Shown in pieces: positions 47,770 through 57,582 of a stretch of DNA of 64,000 nucleotides (position 1 is its first letter; every line of letters starts with the position of its first letter). The translations under genes and the position numbers were made by a program. The notes below the pieces were generated by a model that saw only the letters and a program-made list of their open reading frames with translations, was not told the origin of the DNA and did no database searches. The stretch is from Chloroflexota bacterium. Its GTDB lineage: Bacteria > Chloroflexota > UBA11872 > UBA12225. Location: NCBI GenBank assembly GCA_947446285.1, contig CANFGH010000003.1, forward strand, positions 33,537 to 97,536. Reading direction: 5' to 3'.

Positions 47770-48593
47770 CGCGCACCCTCCCCGGTCCCAGTCGATGCCG
47801 TGTCAAGCCACGCCGGTGAATACCCGATCACTTGGTGAGCAATCGCCGAGGTGTAGCGAGCCTCGGGTGCCCCCGAAGCAACATGCAGGATCCGCCAGCG
47901 GTGGCCCCGGTCCGAACCGCGGTTGCCAATGGCCTGGGCCTCGATCGCAAGGCCGATCGCCCGCGCCGCATCCACCGTCCACATTGCCCGGATGTCCGTA
48001 GGTGGACGTGACGCATCATCGCCACCGCGCAAGGTTGCCAGTCGCAGGCATGTCACCTCGAGCGGGCTGTCCACCAGGGGATCACGGGTGAACTCGCGGG
48101 CGGTCAGTTCGGCAAGGTACGGCGCAAGATCGTCAGCGTTCGGTCCGGGGCGCGGGCGCCACTGTTCCGTCACCTCAAGACCATCCTCATACGCATCGAA
48201 TGATGAAAGTGACGATGTCTGAACCACCCGCCCAATACCGGCAGACAGGCACCCCATCAGAAGGCGATAGGTTCCGCGCGTCGCGATATCGAGCGCTTCA
48301 GCCGGATTGCCCGGATGCGCGATCGCGGCATCGGCCACCGCCACCAGGGGAGCCAGGTGGATCACCGTCGCACTTGCCCCACCACCGGGAAGGTCCGTGA
48401 GCAGTGCCTTGATGAACTCCGGAGACCGCAGGTCGCCTACATGATGATCGGCCCATTGCCCGGCATCGGACCGGTGCGTCGCGGTTGACCGGATGTGCCA
48501 TCCCTCCGCCCCAAGGCGGAAGGCCACAATCTCCGCAAGCTCCTGCCCGGGTCCCCAGGCCCCAGTCACCAGCGCCGTGCGCGTACTACTCAT
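47766..48593 (-). CDS. NAD(P)-binding Rossmann-fold protein (atypical epimerase/dehydratase-like)
   Basis: ALVTGAWGPG N-terminus. 4-bp overlap with the downstream epimerase gene. Confidence 0.55.
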   Translation of the reverse strand: MSSTRTALVTGAWGPGQELAEIVAFRLGAEGWHIRSTATHRSDAGQWADHHVGDLRSPEFIKALLTDLPGGGASATVIHLAPLVAVADAAIAHPGNPAEALDIATRGTYRLLMGCLSAGIGRVVQTSSLSSFDAYEDGLEVTEQWRPRPGPNADDLAPYLAELTAREFTRDPLVDSPLEVTCLRLATLRGGDDASRPPTDIRAMWTVDAARAIGLAIEAQAIGNRGSDRGHRWRILHVASGAPEARYTSAIAHQVIGYSPAWLDTASTGTGEGAR

Positions 48594-48699
48594 CGCACCC
48601 TCCTTGGCTTCAAATGTCCCAGCCCAGCGATATTTATAGACCTCTCGTTCCCGAGATCACGGTTCCCGGGAACGCCTGTCACCGAATGGTCAGCACACG

Positions 48700-49608
48700 C
48701 TATCCAAGACCAAGTGAGGCGAGAAGCGCCGTCACCTCGGCCTTTTCGGCATCAGGTACCTCGGAGATCGGTGGACGCACGGTCCGTTCGCAGAGACCAA
48801 GCTGTGCCATCGCTTCCTTGACGATTGGCACATTGTTCGCCGCGTTGCGCCGGGCGCGCAGATCCTCGAACGCCTTCACTTGGCGCCAGACCACCATCGC
48901 CTCGTCGTACTTGCCATGACGCAGCGCCTCAAGCATGGCGAAGCTTGGTCCAGTCGTTACGTTCACCAGTCCGGAGGTGAACCCGACGGCACCACCAACC
49001 CAGAAGAATGGTGCCCATCCTTCCGCCAGGCCACAGACCCACGTCACGGCGTCAAGTCCGACCGCAGCCGCGATTGCGGCGAAGTGCAGCGGATTGGGAA
49101 CCGCAAACTTCACCCCCACGAAGTTCGGATATTCCGTCAGACGCCGAAGCATCGGCGCCGTCACATTCGGATCCCGCAGGTACGGGACTATCCCCAGTCC
49201 CGGAAGCGCCTTCGCAATCGCCGCGTGATACTCCACCCACCCGTCAGATGATTGGTACGGATGGACGGGTTGATGCACCATCACCGCCCGCGAACCGGCC
49301 CGCAAAGCAACCTCACCCATGCGGATTGCCGTCCGTACGTCGTACCCAACCCCCGGCATCACCAGTGACCGTGTGCCTACGGCGTCAGCCGTAACCTCGA
49401 CCGCACGATCACACTCGTCCGGCGACAGGGCATAGAACTCGCCGGTATTCCCGTTCGGGGTCACCGCCAGGACGCCACCATCGACAATCGCAATGACCGT
49501 TCGTCGATAGGCATCCCAATCGACTGATCCATCAGGATGGAACGGTGTCACCGGAATGGCACACACCGTCGCGAGTTCGGCAAGCAGTCTCGGTCGGTCA
49601 AGGGTCAT
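48700..49608 (-). CDS. DapA-family (dihydrodipicolinate synthase/KDG-aldolase-like) class I aldolase
   Basis: (beta/alpha)8 DapA-like fold. Schiff-base Lys in FVGVKFAVPNP. GNTGEF motif. Confidence 0.8.
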   Translation of the reverse strand: MTLDRPRLLAELATVCAIPVTPFHPDGSVDWDAYRRTVIAIVDGGVLAVTPNGNTGEFYALSPDECDRAVEVTADAVGTRSLVMPGVGYDVRTAIRMGEVALRAGSRAVMVHQPVHPYQSSDGWVEYHAAIAKALPGLGIVPYLRDPNVTAPMLRRLTEYPNFVGVKFAVPNPLHFAAIAAAVGLDAVTWVCGLAEGWAPFFWVGGAVGFTSGLVNVTTGPSFAMLEALRHGKYDEAMVVWRQVKAFEDLRARRNAANNVPIVKEAMAQLGLCERTVRPPISEVPDAEKAEVTALLASLGLG

Positions 49609-49791
49609 CGTTTGTCTCCGTCAGCGACATTCCAACAGGTGAGTTGCACTGGATCGGTCGCACGGGCGGGCAGTATAGCCGCCCTGGTCCTGTCAACCTC
49701 GGGGGATAACGTCGCTGGCCAAGAGTAAGCTAGGCCGTCACCGCCCCATCCCATCTCCGCCTGACTCACGTACGCTGCGCTTGAGCCCGCT

Positions 49792-50256
49792 TCACACACA
49801 CCGTCTCGCCCACGGTCCATCATCATCAATCTCACGGACCTGGTCCCACCACGCGTCCAGTGCCACGTGGTCACCTGAACGCAGGTATCCCACCGCACCC
49901 CGCCAGTACCGAAGCGAAGCCGCCCACGCCCCATTCTTGGCGCCGTGCACCGCATCGTAATGCCCGATTGCCCGGTCAAGGACCCGTTCGGCCTCGGGTG
50001 CACGACCACCTGACACCAGTGCCAATGCAACTCCTTCAGAAAGAACCGAGTGGAGATCGGAAGGTTCCAGATACCCGGTTTCCCGGCGGAACTCGCGCCC
50101 GTTCCGGTCAAGCACCCAGAGGGTGGGGGTCCACAACGCCCCGAGCCGGCGCAGCATCTCCCTGTGCAATGGGTTCCCGAACGTCAGACGCAACGGCACC
50201 ATCCACTTTCCGATGAGTTCGGCCACTGCGCGGTCTGGATACGACACGGCATCCAT
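49792..50256 (-). CDS. Hypothetical protein (weak thioredoxin-fold-like segment, no CxxC)
   Basis: ORF only. TPTLWVLDRNGRE resembles a thioredoxin-fold beta-strand region. Confidence 0.35.
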   Translation of the reverse strand: MDAVSYPDRAVAELIGKWMVPLRLTFGNPLHREMLRRLGALWTPTLWVLDRNGREFRRETGYLEPSDLHSVLSEGVALALVSGGRAPEAERVLDRAIGHYDAVHGAKNGAWAASLRYWRGAVGYLRSGDHVALDAWWDQVREIDDDGPWARRCV

Positions 50257-50384
50257 GCGTACGCAGGCGGATCATCCGGGCTTCCAGACTTCGACCAAGA
50301 CCGCGCGTCTGGACGCGGCGGCCTCTGCCAGTGCTGCAACCGGGTCATCGTGCCAGGTGATCGGCATCAGGGTGTCCTCGCAGG

Positions 50385-51149
50385 TCAAGAGATCAGGTGG
50401 ACGCCACCGCAGACCGGAACCTCAACCCCGGTGATGAACCCGGCAAGGTCAGAGGCCAAAAATGCCACCACATTCGCGACGTCATCCGGAACTCCAAGGT
50501 GACCCAGCGGTGTGCGACCCGCCGTCACCAGTCGTCCCGGGATGGTTGACGCGCCATGCCTCTCAACTGGAATCCAACCCGGCGATACCGAGTTCACCGT
50601 GATGTTGTCCGGCCCAAGCTCCACCGCCATCGCCCGCGTGAAACTCGCAAACGCGCCCTTGGCCGTGGAATACGCCGCCATCCCCTTCGGATACGAGTGC
50701 GCCGCCATCGACAGGATGTTCACGATCCGCCCCCACCGGCGCGCCTTCATGCCTGGTGCGACTCCCTGCGCGATGAGATACGCTGATCGCACATTCAAGT
50801 CAAAACTCTTCTCGAATGCATCCCAACCGTGCTCAAACGGGTCTCCGGTGGTCTCCTCGCGCCCAACGTTGTTGACCGCGATGTCGATCGGTCCGAGGAG
50901 GTCCTGCGCCCGTGCCACCATCGCACGCACGGCGTCAGGAGCGTGAAAGTCACCACCGACGGCGACGGCGCGTCCGCCTGCCGCCACGATTTCCCGCACA
51001 ACCGCATCCGCACGAACCGCGTCGCGGGCATAGTGGACCGCCACCTGTGCCCCGGCGCGCGCCAGTGTCCGGCACATCGCCGCACCCAACCCCCGGCTTC
51101 CACCGGTCACGAGTGCAGTGCGCCCGTTCAGATCAATCAAAATCGTCAT
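50385..51149 (-). CDS. Short-chain dehydrogenase/reductase (SDR), FabG-like
   Basis: TALVTGGSRGLG cofactor motif, NNVG, and a YSTAKGA catalytic Tyr-x3-Lys. Start at the internal ATG (MTILIDLNGR). Confidence 0.85.
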   Translation of the reverse strand: MTILIDLNGRTALVTGGSRGLGAAMCRTLARAGAQVAVHYARDAVRADAVVREIVAAGGRAVAVGGDFHAPDAVRAMVARAQDLLGPIDIAVNNVGREETTGDPFEHGWDAFEKSFDLNVRSAYLIAQGVAPGMKARRWGRIVNILSMAAHSYPKGMAAYSTAKGAFASFTRAMAVELGPDNITVNSVSPGWIPVERHGASTIPGRLVTAGRTPLGHLGVPDDVANVVAFLASDLAGFITGVEVPVCGGVHLIS

Positions 51150-51393
51150 GTGCGTTCTCCAACGACCCCATTGGCCCGTCTCACATTGTTTACCGCCGCG
51201 CTTTCGCGCCATCAGCCGCAACGGTACCGCAGACAGCCTCCCTGGGATTGTGTTGTCCACCCGGGTGCCCAACTCCCCCGACCGTCGCACCCTTGGGATG
51301 CCGGTGGATCACTGATCCCTTCCCGCTACCGACAAACCACTACGGACCGCGGGTTGGGTGGGATATCGTGCGGATCGCTAGGAGTGCGTAGAA

Positions 51394-52572
51394 ATGAAAG
51401 TCACCGGGTTCCGCACCGTCCTCTATGAGTTCGCCATGGACCGCCCACTCGGCGACGCCAATGGCCCTACCGGGTCCAACTACGGCGCAGGATCATTCCT
51501 TTTCATCGATACCGATGCCGGCATCACCGGACTGGCCCCGGGTGGCGGACCCGCCGTCCAGAAGTTTGCGCCTCTCATCATCGGTCACGACCCGCGCGGG
51601 GTTGTTGGCCACTGGAAGGCGATGCTTGACCTCGCATTCAAGGGTGGCAACGAGGGGTCAGACAAGGGTGCCATCGCTTCAATCGATGTCGCACTCTGGG
51701 ACCTCAAGGCCAAGGCTGCCGGCGAACCCCTCTGGCGAATGCTTGGCGCGCGCGACGGCCGATGCAAGGCATACGCATCCGGCATCGACCTCTGCCTGAC
51801 CGATGACGAGATCCACGCCTTCTACGCCCGCATGGCGGCTGTCGGCATTGACGGAGGCAAGTTGAAGGTCGGCCTCGACATGGACGCCGACCTCCGGCGC
51901 CTTGCAATCATGCGCGACGCCCTCTCGGCAGTCACGAACCGGCCCAACCTCATGATCGACAGCAATGAGTACTGGTCACCAAAACAGGCGATCCGGTACA
52001 TCACCGAGATCGAACGCAGCTTCGACCTCGCCTGGGTTGAGGAGCCCGCACGCCGGTGGGACTACCGTGGCCTTCGGCAAGTCTCCGCCGGGATCCGCGC
52101 CGCCGTCGCGACCGGTGAGAACCTCAATGATTCGTCAGACTTCTACCCACTGATCCTCAATCAGGCCGTCGATGTCGTTCAGGTCGGGGTCGGCACGACC
52201 GGGATTACCGGCGCAATGCAAGTGGCGCACATGGCGGCCGGGTTTGAACTCCCGGTGTCGCTGATGAACTGCCCGGCGAACTTCATGGCACACCTCGCCG
52301 CGGCCTTGCCAAACCATCTGGCAATGGAGGTCGTCGATCCCGGGCGCGAACCCTGCTTCACGTTCGACAACGACATCGAGGACGGGTTCATCCACCTCGG
52401 GGACTCTCCGGGTCTCGGAATCACCATCGACGAAGCGAAACTTGCGGCGTTGCGGGTAGACCGGCTTTCACCACCACCCGGCCTGACCATGCCATTCCCC
52501 CGACGCGAGGGAGCCGGCCTCTACATCAAGCCCCTGGACCGTGGCGAACGCGACTCGATGGGTTGGGACTGA
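51394..52572 (+). CDS. Enolase-superfamily enzyme, mandelate racemase/muconate lactonizing enzyme family (likely sugar-acid dehydratase)
   Basis: SIDVALWDLKAKAAGEPLWRMLG. KxK base region (KLKVG). Metal ligands D (MIDSNE), E (WVEEP) and E/D (GEN). Confidence 0.85.
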   Translation: MKVTGFRTVLYEFAMDRPLGDANGPTGSNYGAGSFLFIDTDAGITGLAPGGGPAVQKFAPLIIGHDPRGVVGHWKAMLDLAFKGGNEGSDKGAIASIDVALWDLKAKAAGEPLWRMLGARDGRCKAYASGIDLCLTDDEIHAFYARMAAVGIDGGKLKVGLDMDADLRRLAIMRDALSAVTNRPNLMIDSNEYWSPKQAIRYITEIERSFDLAWVEEPARRWDYRGLRQVSAGIRAAVATGENLNDSSDFYPLILNQAVDVVQVGVGTTGITGAMQVAHMAAGFELPVSLMNCPANFMAHLAAALPNHLAMEVVDPGREPCFTFDNDIEDGFIHLGDSPGLGITIDEAKLAALRVDRLSPPPGLTMPFPRREGAGLYIKPLDRGERDSMGWD

Positions 52573-52654
52573 CCACCGACCGACGGTGCGCAAACTCAAC
52601 GCTAGAATGCCCGCACGAACCACGCACCGACCAAGCGACCGGGAGGCACATCGA

Positions 52655-54142
52655 ATGAGCACGACGACCGTCCTGACCCCGACCTCCCGTGTCCGCCTGG
52701 GCCATGCCCGCGTAGACATCACGCCACCCGTGGGCATCTACCACCGCATGTGGGGCGCCGCCCGCCACGATCAATCGACCGGCGTTCACCGACCACTCCT
52801 GGCTGACGCAATCGTTCTCGGCCCCATCGGATCGTCCGGCACCCACGACCTCGTGATCCGGATCCACTTCGACTCGGTCGGCCTCGCCCGGACCTATTAC
52901 GACGCTCTCGTCGACGCCATCCATGGAGCTACCGGCGTCCCCGAAGGACGCATCCACCTCTGCCCATCGCATACGCACAGTGCGGGCCTCTTGACACCCG
53001 ACCGCATCCCGCTACCCGGCGGCCACCTGATCCCCGGATACCAAGCCACCGCCCGCGATGCCATCGTCCGCGCGTGCACCAATGCCATCGCCTCCATCGC
53101 ACCCGCCACCCTCACCTACGCCGAGGGCACGAGTGCGATGGGTGCGAACCGCGACTACCCTGACGATGCCAACGGCATCTTCACGTGCGGCTACAACCCC
53201 GATGCGCCGGCAGACCAGACCGTCACCGTGATGCGGGCAACTGAGATCGACAGCGAATCGCCTTTGACGCAATCGGGACTGGGTAGCGGTATGCCGATCC
53301 GGCTGACCGTGGTCACCTATGCCGCCCACCCCACCTCGCTTGCATGGGAAAACACCCTGCTCAGTCCGGACTATCCCGGCGCCCTACGGGAAACTGTCGA
53401 GGCCGCCACCGAAGCACCGTGCATCTTCATGCTTGCCCCGTGTGGCGACCAGGGACCACGAGACAACTACACCGGAGGCCCGGCCGTCGCCGACGCAAAC
53501 GGCAGGCAGGTCGGATACGCCGCCCTCGGCATCCTCTCCGGAATGACCACACCAGACACTGACCGCACCTACGCCGGGCCCGTCGTGTCCGGCGCCACTC
53601 TCGGCACTTGGTCACAGGCGCCCGTCGATGCATTGCGCGCTTCCCGGTTCGCCGGTGGGCCGGGCTCGGTGCCCTTGCAACGAAGAGATGTCCCGTCAAC
53701 CGAGGCCTGGGCAACGGAACTCACCCGACACGAAGCTGAACGCGATGCTGCGGATGCGCGTGGAGACGCCATCGCCGCCCGGAACGCGACGGCCCTCGCC
53801 GAGCGCGCGCGCCGATGGCTGGGACGTCTCTCCGAACTCCCCGACGATGCCACGCCAACCACCTACCCGATGCCGGTCAGCGTTTACCGGATCGGCGACG
53901 CCATATGGGCTACCTGCGCCGGCGAACCGTACGCCGAACTCCTCACCGACCTGCGTCGCCGCTTTCCAGGGACCCCAATCCTCCTGTCCCCCCTTGACGG
54001 CCCAATGAGTGCGGGGTATTTGCTGAAAGCCGAGTGCTACGGGACCGGCCTCTACCAGGAAGAGCCGTCCCTCCTTGGCGCCGGATGCCTCGAAGCCCTG
54101 ACTGGTGCAATCGCCGCGCGCATCGCCGCCCTCAAGTCCTGA
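52655..54142 (+). CDS. Hypothetical hydrolase; faint resemblance to the neutral ceramidase N-terminal signature
   Basis: Start at ATG 52655 (GGGAGG Shine-Dalgarno sequence). N-terminus RVDITPPVG...MWG. ~495 aa. Confidence 0.5.
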   Translation: MSTTTVLTPTSRVRLGHARVDITPPVGIYHRMWGAARHDQSTGVHRPLLADAIVLGPIGSSGTHDLVIRIHFDSVGLARTYYDALVDAIHGATGVPEGRIHLCPSHTHSAGLLTPDRIPLPGGHLIPGYQATARDAIVRACTNAIASIAPATLTYAEGTSAMGANRDYPDDANGIFTCGYNPDAPADQTVTVMRATEIDSESPLTQSGLGSGMPIRLTVVTYAAHPTSLAWENTLLSPDYPGALRETVEAATEAPCIFMLAPCGDQGPRDNYTGGPAVADANGRQVGYAALGILSGMTTPDTDRTYAGPVVSGATLGTWSQAPVDALRASRFAGGPGSVPLQRRDVPSTEAWATELTRHEAERDAADARGDAIAARNATALAERARRWLGRLSELPDDATPTTYPMPVSVYRIGDAIWATCAGEPYAELLTDLRRRFPGTPILLSPLDGPMSAGYLLKAECYGTGLYQEEPSLLGAGCLEALTGAIAARIAALKS

Positions 54143-54532
54143 TCGCAGTTCTCTCCATGAGGGAGGGGCCTGAGGGATGGTCCGGTGGCTTCACTCTCCC
54201 GCCGCACCGGGATTAGGCGGCACCTCATTGCATCCCGTATCAGGTTCAAAAGGCGACGGCTGGGTGGCACATCGGGCCGTGGGCATCCCTGCCCGCCTCT
54301 ACCCACTTGAGTTCACCCGAGGCCCACCCATTGATAGGAATGCTTCCGCATCGAGGGTGCTCCTCGGGATTGACAAGGAACATGCGGGCAAGGATGCCCA
54401 CGGACCAAGGTGAAACACACGTCAGCGGAATCTTGGTCGTGGCAAAGACCGACCCCTTTCCGAGTCGGGCTTTGTTCGGACCAAGCGAAGCTTGGAAATC
54501 AAAGGGGGGAATGGGGCGTCGCGGGTCAATCC

Positions 54533-55438
54533 CTACGCGATTGCCACCGCCAGATAGTCGTAGATCCGATCCTCACGGAAGCCACAGTCCCGGTAGAGAC
54601 CGGCCGCGCGGTCATTCGTGACATCAACCTCGATGGTGATCGGTGCGATCCCATCCCCATGCAGCCGACGGACCAGCCACTTCAGGACGGCCCGGCCAAT
54701 TCCCTTTCCCTGGTGTTCCGGTCGCACCGCGAACCCGGCGATGCTTGCAGCACCATGGTCGACCGCGATTGACACCATGCCGACATCATCGGCACCCTTG
54801 GCGATCAGGAAGATCGTCCGCCCGATCGCACCGATCGACGAACGGGAGATCGCCGACGCCTCTTCGGGGCTCCCGCCGAATGCACCACTGCCAATCTCGC
54901 CAAGCACCGCGACATCCGAGATGGTCGCTATCTTTCCCACCAGTCCCATTCCGAGCTCGTCACCACCAGGCGGGACGTCCCGGAGGACCATTGCCGCTTC
55001 CGAGTGTGACCGTTTCGCCCCGACCCGTTCCGCAAGTGCGTGCCCACCGACCGAAAACCGCGGGACCACCAGAAGGACGCGCGATACCTCGGCCCGATGC
55101 CCAACACTTATCGCCTCGTCGATCAGGGCCCGCCCAATGCCTCCACGGCGCCATTCCGGATGGACCACCGCCACAACTTCGATCTCGTCCCGGCCGAATC
55201 CATAGGTCCCGGCATACCCAACTACCCGGTCACCAACCATCCAGATCAGGTCCGCAGTCTGGCGGACGATCTCGGGCGGAACCGGGTACGAACGCGCCCG
55301 CACAAACCCTTCGTCAGCACCGGCATCAAAGCCATCGTGGGCAGCACACGTCTCGACGAGTGCCATCACGTCCGGCAGGTACCGGGCATCAAGCGTGGCA
55401 GTGGTCACCAAGTGCCCGGGACGATCCGCGCTGGTCAT
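54533..55438 (-). CDS. Tandem-GNAT acetyltransferase (MshD-like two-domain architecture)
   Basis: Two acetyl-CoA-binding motifs (VHPEWRRGGIGRALI and VRPEHQGKGIGRAVL) in ~300 aa. Start at the internal ATG 55438. Confidence 0.7.
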   Translation of the reverse strand: MTSADRPGHLVTTATLDARYLPDVMALVETCAAHDGFDAGADEGFVRARSYPVPPEIVRQTADLIWMVGDRVVGYAGTYGFGRDEIEVVAVVHPEWRRGGIGRALIDEAISVGHRAEVSRVLLVVPRFSVGGHALAERVGAKRSHSEAAMVLRDVPPGGDELGMGLVGKIATISDVAVLGEIGSGAFGGSPEEASAISRSSIGAIGRTIFLIAKGADDVGMVSIAVDHGAASIAGFAVRPEHQGKGIGRAVLKWLVRRLHGDGIAPITIEVDVTNDRAAGLYRDCGFREDRIYDYLAVAIA

Positions 55439-55556
55439 CAAGCTTGTCCTCGAACTTGCCGTTCCGAGTTCACCGTGTTGGCAGGCGGGAACGGCCTTCA
55501 GGATACGGCGACACCGACACCGTTGCGACCCGGTCTGCCTGTTATCGTCAGTTCTG

Positions 55557-56768
55557 ATGAACACGTTCGACATCGCCAATGAAGCCAACACGATTCGTGT
55601 CCGCACAATCGCCGACCGACGCGATATTCACCGCCATCCCGAGATCGCGTTCCAGGAACACCGGACCGCGGGCATCGTCGCCGACCGACTGCGTGAGCTC
55701 GGCATCGAGACCAGAACCGGGATCGGCCAGACCGGCGTCGTGGGCATTCTCCACGGATCACGGGCAGGTCGCACCGTCCTCCTGCGCGCTGACATGGATG
55801 CCTTGCCATTGACGGAAGCCGAGACGGAAATCACCGAGGGCTTCCGATCAGAAGTGCCCGGTCAGATGCATGCGTGCGGGCATGACGCCCACACCGCCAT
55901 CCTCCTGAGTTCGGCCGAACTGCTGGCCTCGCACCGCAACGACTTCGCAGGAACCGTCATCTTCATGTTCCAGCCAGCCGAGGAGATCGTTGCAGGTGCA
56001 CTCCAGATGATTGCCGATGGGCTCCTAGATGACTACCGTCCGAATGGGGCCTACGCGCTACACATCGCGCATAACCTGGCCACCGGGCATCTCTACTCGG
56101 CCCCCGGACCAACCGCTGCCGCTTCTGACCGGTTCACGGTCACCCTGCACGGAAAAGGCATCCACGCGGCGTGGCCCCACCTTGGCATCGACCCGATCGT
56201 CGCCGGGGCGCACCTCGTGACCGCACTCCAGACCCTCGTCAGCCGTGAGGTCGCCCCGGGCGACCCCGCGGTCATCACCGTCGGGCACCTTGAGGCCGGT
56301 CAGGTCGCCAACATCATCCCGGAGACCACAACCCTCTACGCCACCGTGCGGACCTTCCGTCCGTCGACGCGCGATCACCTCGAACGGCGCGTCCCCGAAA
56401 TTGCCCATGGCATCGCCTCCGCCTTCCGTTGCACGGCCACAGTGGACTATGAGCGTGGCACCCCGCCGGTTGTCAACGACGCGGACGCCGTCGAACTGGT
56501 CCGCGACGCCGTGTCATCGGTCCTCGGCGAAGACGCGTGGGCGCCTCCCGTGTCGGATGGACCAACGATGGGCGCCGAAGACTGGGCATGGATCCTCGAA
56601 CGCGTGCCCGGATGCATGTTCGTGCTTGGCGTGCGCGATCCGTCATGGGAAGCCGCCAGGCCCATCCACTCCCCCCGCTTCGCCCTCGACGAACGCGCCC
56701 TGTCATACGGCGTCGCCGCCATGACCGCGGTCGCGTTGCGTTTCCTCAATCAGGAGCCGGAAGCCTGA
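55557..56768 (+). CDS. M20D-family amidohydrolase (N-acyl-L-amino acid amidohydrolase / hippurate hydrolase-like)
   Basis: IHRHPEIAFQE...MHACGHDAH metal-binding motifs and the dimerisation-domain pattern. Start at ATG 55557. Confidence 0.85.
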   Translation: MNTFDIANEANTIRVRTIADRRDIHRHPEIAFQEHRTAGIVADRLRELGIETRTGIGQTGVVGILHGSRAGRTVLLRADMDALPLTEAETEITEGFRSEVPGQMHACGHDAHTAILLSSAELLASHRNDFAGTVIFMFQPAEEIVAGALQMIADGLLDDYRPNGAYALHIAHNLATGHLYSAPGPTAAASDRFTVTLHGKGIHAAWPHLGIDPIVAGAHLVTALQTLVSREVAPGDPAVITVGHLEAGQVANIIPETTTLYATVRTFRPSTRDHLERRVPEIAHGIASAFRCTATVDYERGTPPVVNDADAVELVRDAVSSVLGEDAWAPPVSDGPTMGAEDWAWILERVPGCMFVLGVRDPSWEAARPIHSPRFALDERALSYGVAAMTAVALRFLNQEPEA

Positions 56769-56861
56769 CCCGTTGTCCGCAAACCGTGAGGATGAAGGTT
56801 GGTCGCGTGCAAACGTGCCTGGGAATCCCTGGGCACCTTGGCCTGCTGATTAGATACACTT

Positions 56862-56930
56862 CACATCTTTACTATGTCTTTATTATATGACTTTATGAAA
56901 TATTATGTATAATTTTTTATTAATGAATTG
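56862..56930 (+). promoter_or_regulatory. ~70-bp AT-rich island with a perfect TATAAT -10 hexamer (56908-56913, TG immediately upstream); candidate strong promoter for the downstream small ORFs
   Basis: Roughly 85% A+T in a ~65% GC context. TATAAT with an adjacent TG. An ATGACT -35-like hexamer 15 nt upstream. Confidence 0.35.
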
Positions 56931-57189
56931 GTAGCGCAACACCAAAGAAAACGGGGGACGCACGGGGAACACTGGGAAGGTGACAACGAAAGGCTGTCAT
57001 GGGCGAGCACGACGGTCCTCGCCCTCGCGACCCAGGAAAGGCGTCCCCATGGCAATCAATCCACTCACATCCAACCTCAATTCCCCGCTCTCCGGTACCG
57101 GCGCGAGTGCCACCGGACAGGTCCGCGCCCACGGTCATCGCCATTGAGGACGGCAGCAAGTTGTCGCGGACGCCGCGACTTCCCTTGGC

Positions 57190-57495
57190 ATGCGCACTTC
57201 CGACGTCAATACCCAGCTGCAGTCCGGAAGGTCGATTGCCGATATCACGAAGGCAGAGGGGATGACCATTGACACGCTGAACTCCAAGATGACCGATGCG
57301 TTCAATTCCCGACTGCAACACCATGTGACGGGCGGGACGATGACCCAACCTCAAGCCGCGACCATCGCCGCGCGGTTCACCGCGAACCTCGACACGATGC
57401 TCTCCCGGACTGCGAGCAACGGTCCCGTCGCTTCATCAGCGGGTGGTGCGGGCGGCCGAGGCGCCGACAATGACGGGGATAATGATGGGCGGTAG
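57190..57495 (+). CDS. Hypothetical small protein; the same frame is open upstream from ATG 57049 but is interrupted by a TGA at 57145-57147
   Basis: 101-aa ORF (MRTSDVNTQLQSGRSIADITKAEGMTIDTL...). The upstream in-frame 32-codon segment MAINPLTSNLNSPLSGTGASATGQVRAHGHRH has a GGAAAGG Shine-Dalgarno sequence. Confidence 0.3.
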   Translation: MRTSDVNTQLQSGRSIADITKAEGMTIDTLNSKMTDAFNSRLQHHVTGGTMTQPQAATIAARFTANLDTMLSRTASNGPVASSAGGAGGRGADNDGDNDGR

Positions 57496-57582
57496 TCTTC
57501 GTTCATCCTCTACCGCACGCAGGACGTCCAATGGAAGCGACGGTGCCTCCGGCGGATAGCCCTGCTGCGCATCCCGGGCGAT

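Noticed and set aside
47005-47838. 277-aa plus-strand ORF
   Set aside because: Antisense to the NAD-dependent epimerase gene. Arg/His-rich.
49605-50111. 168-aa minus-strand ORF overlapping the 49792-50256 ORF
   Set aside because: Trp/Arg/Gly-rich with no secondary-structure rhythm. The alternative frame (49792-50256) looks more protein-like, although it too is low confidence.
54643-55557. 304-aa plus-strand ORF
   Set aside because: Antisense to the tandem-GNAT gene. Pro/Arg/Ser/His-rich, with no hydrophobic core pattern.
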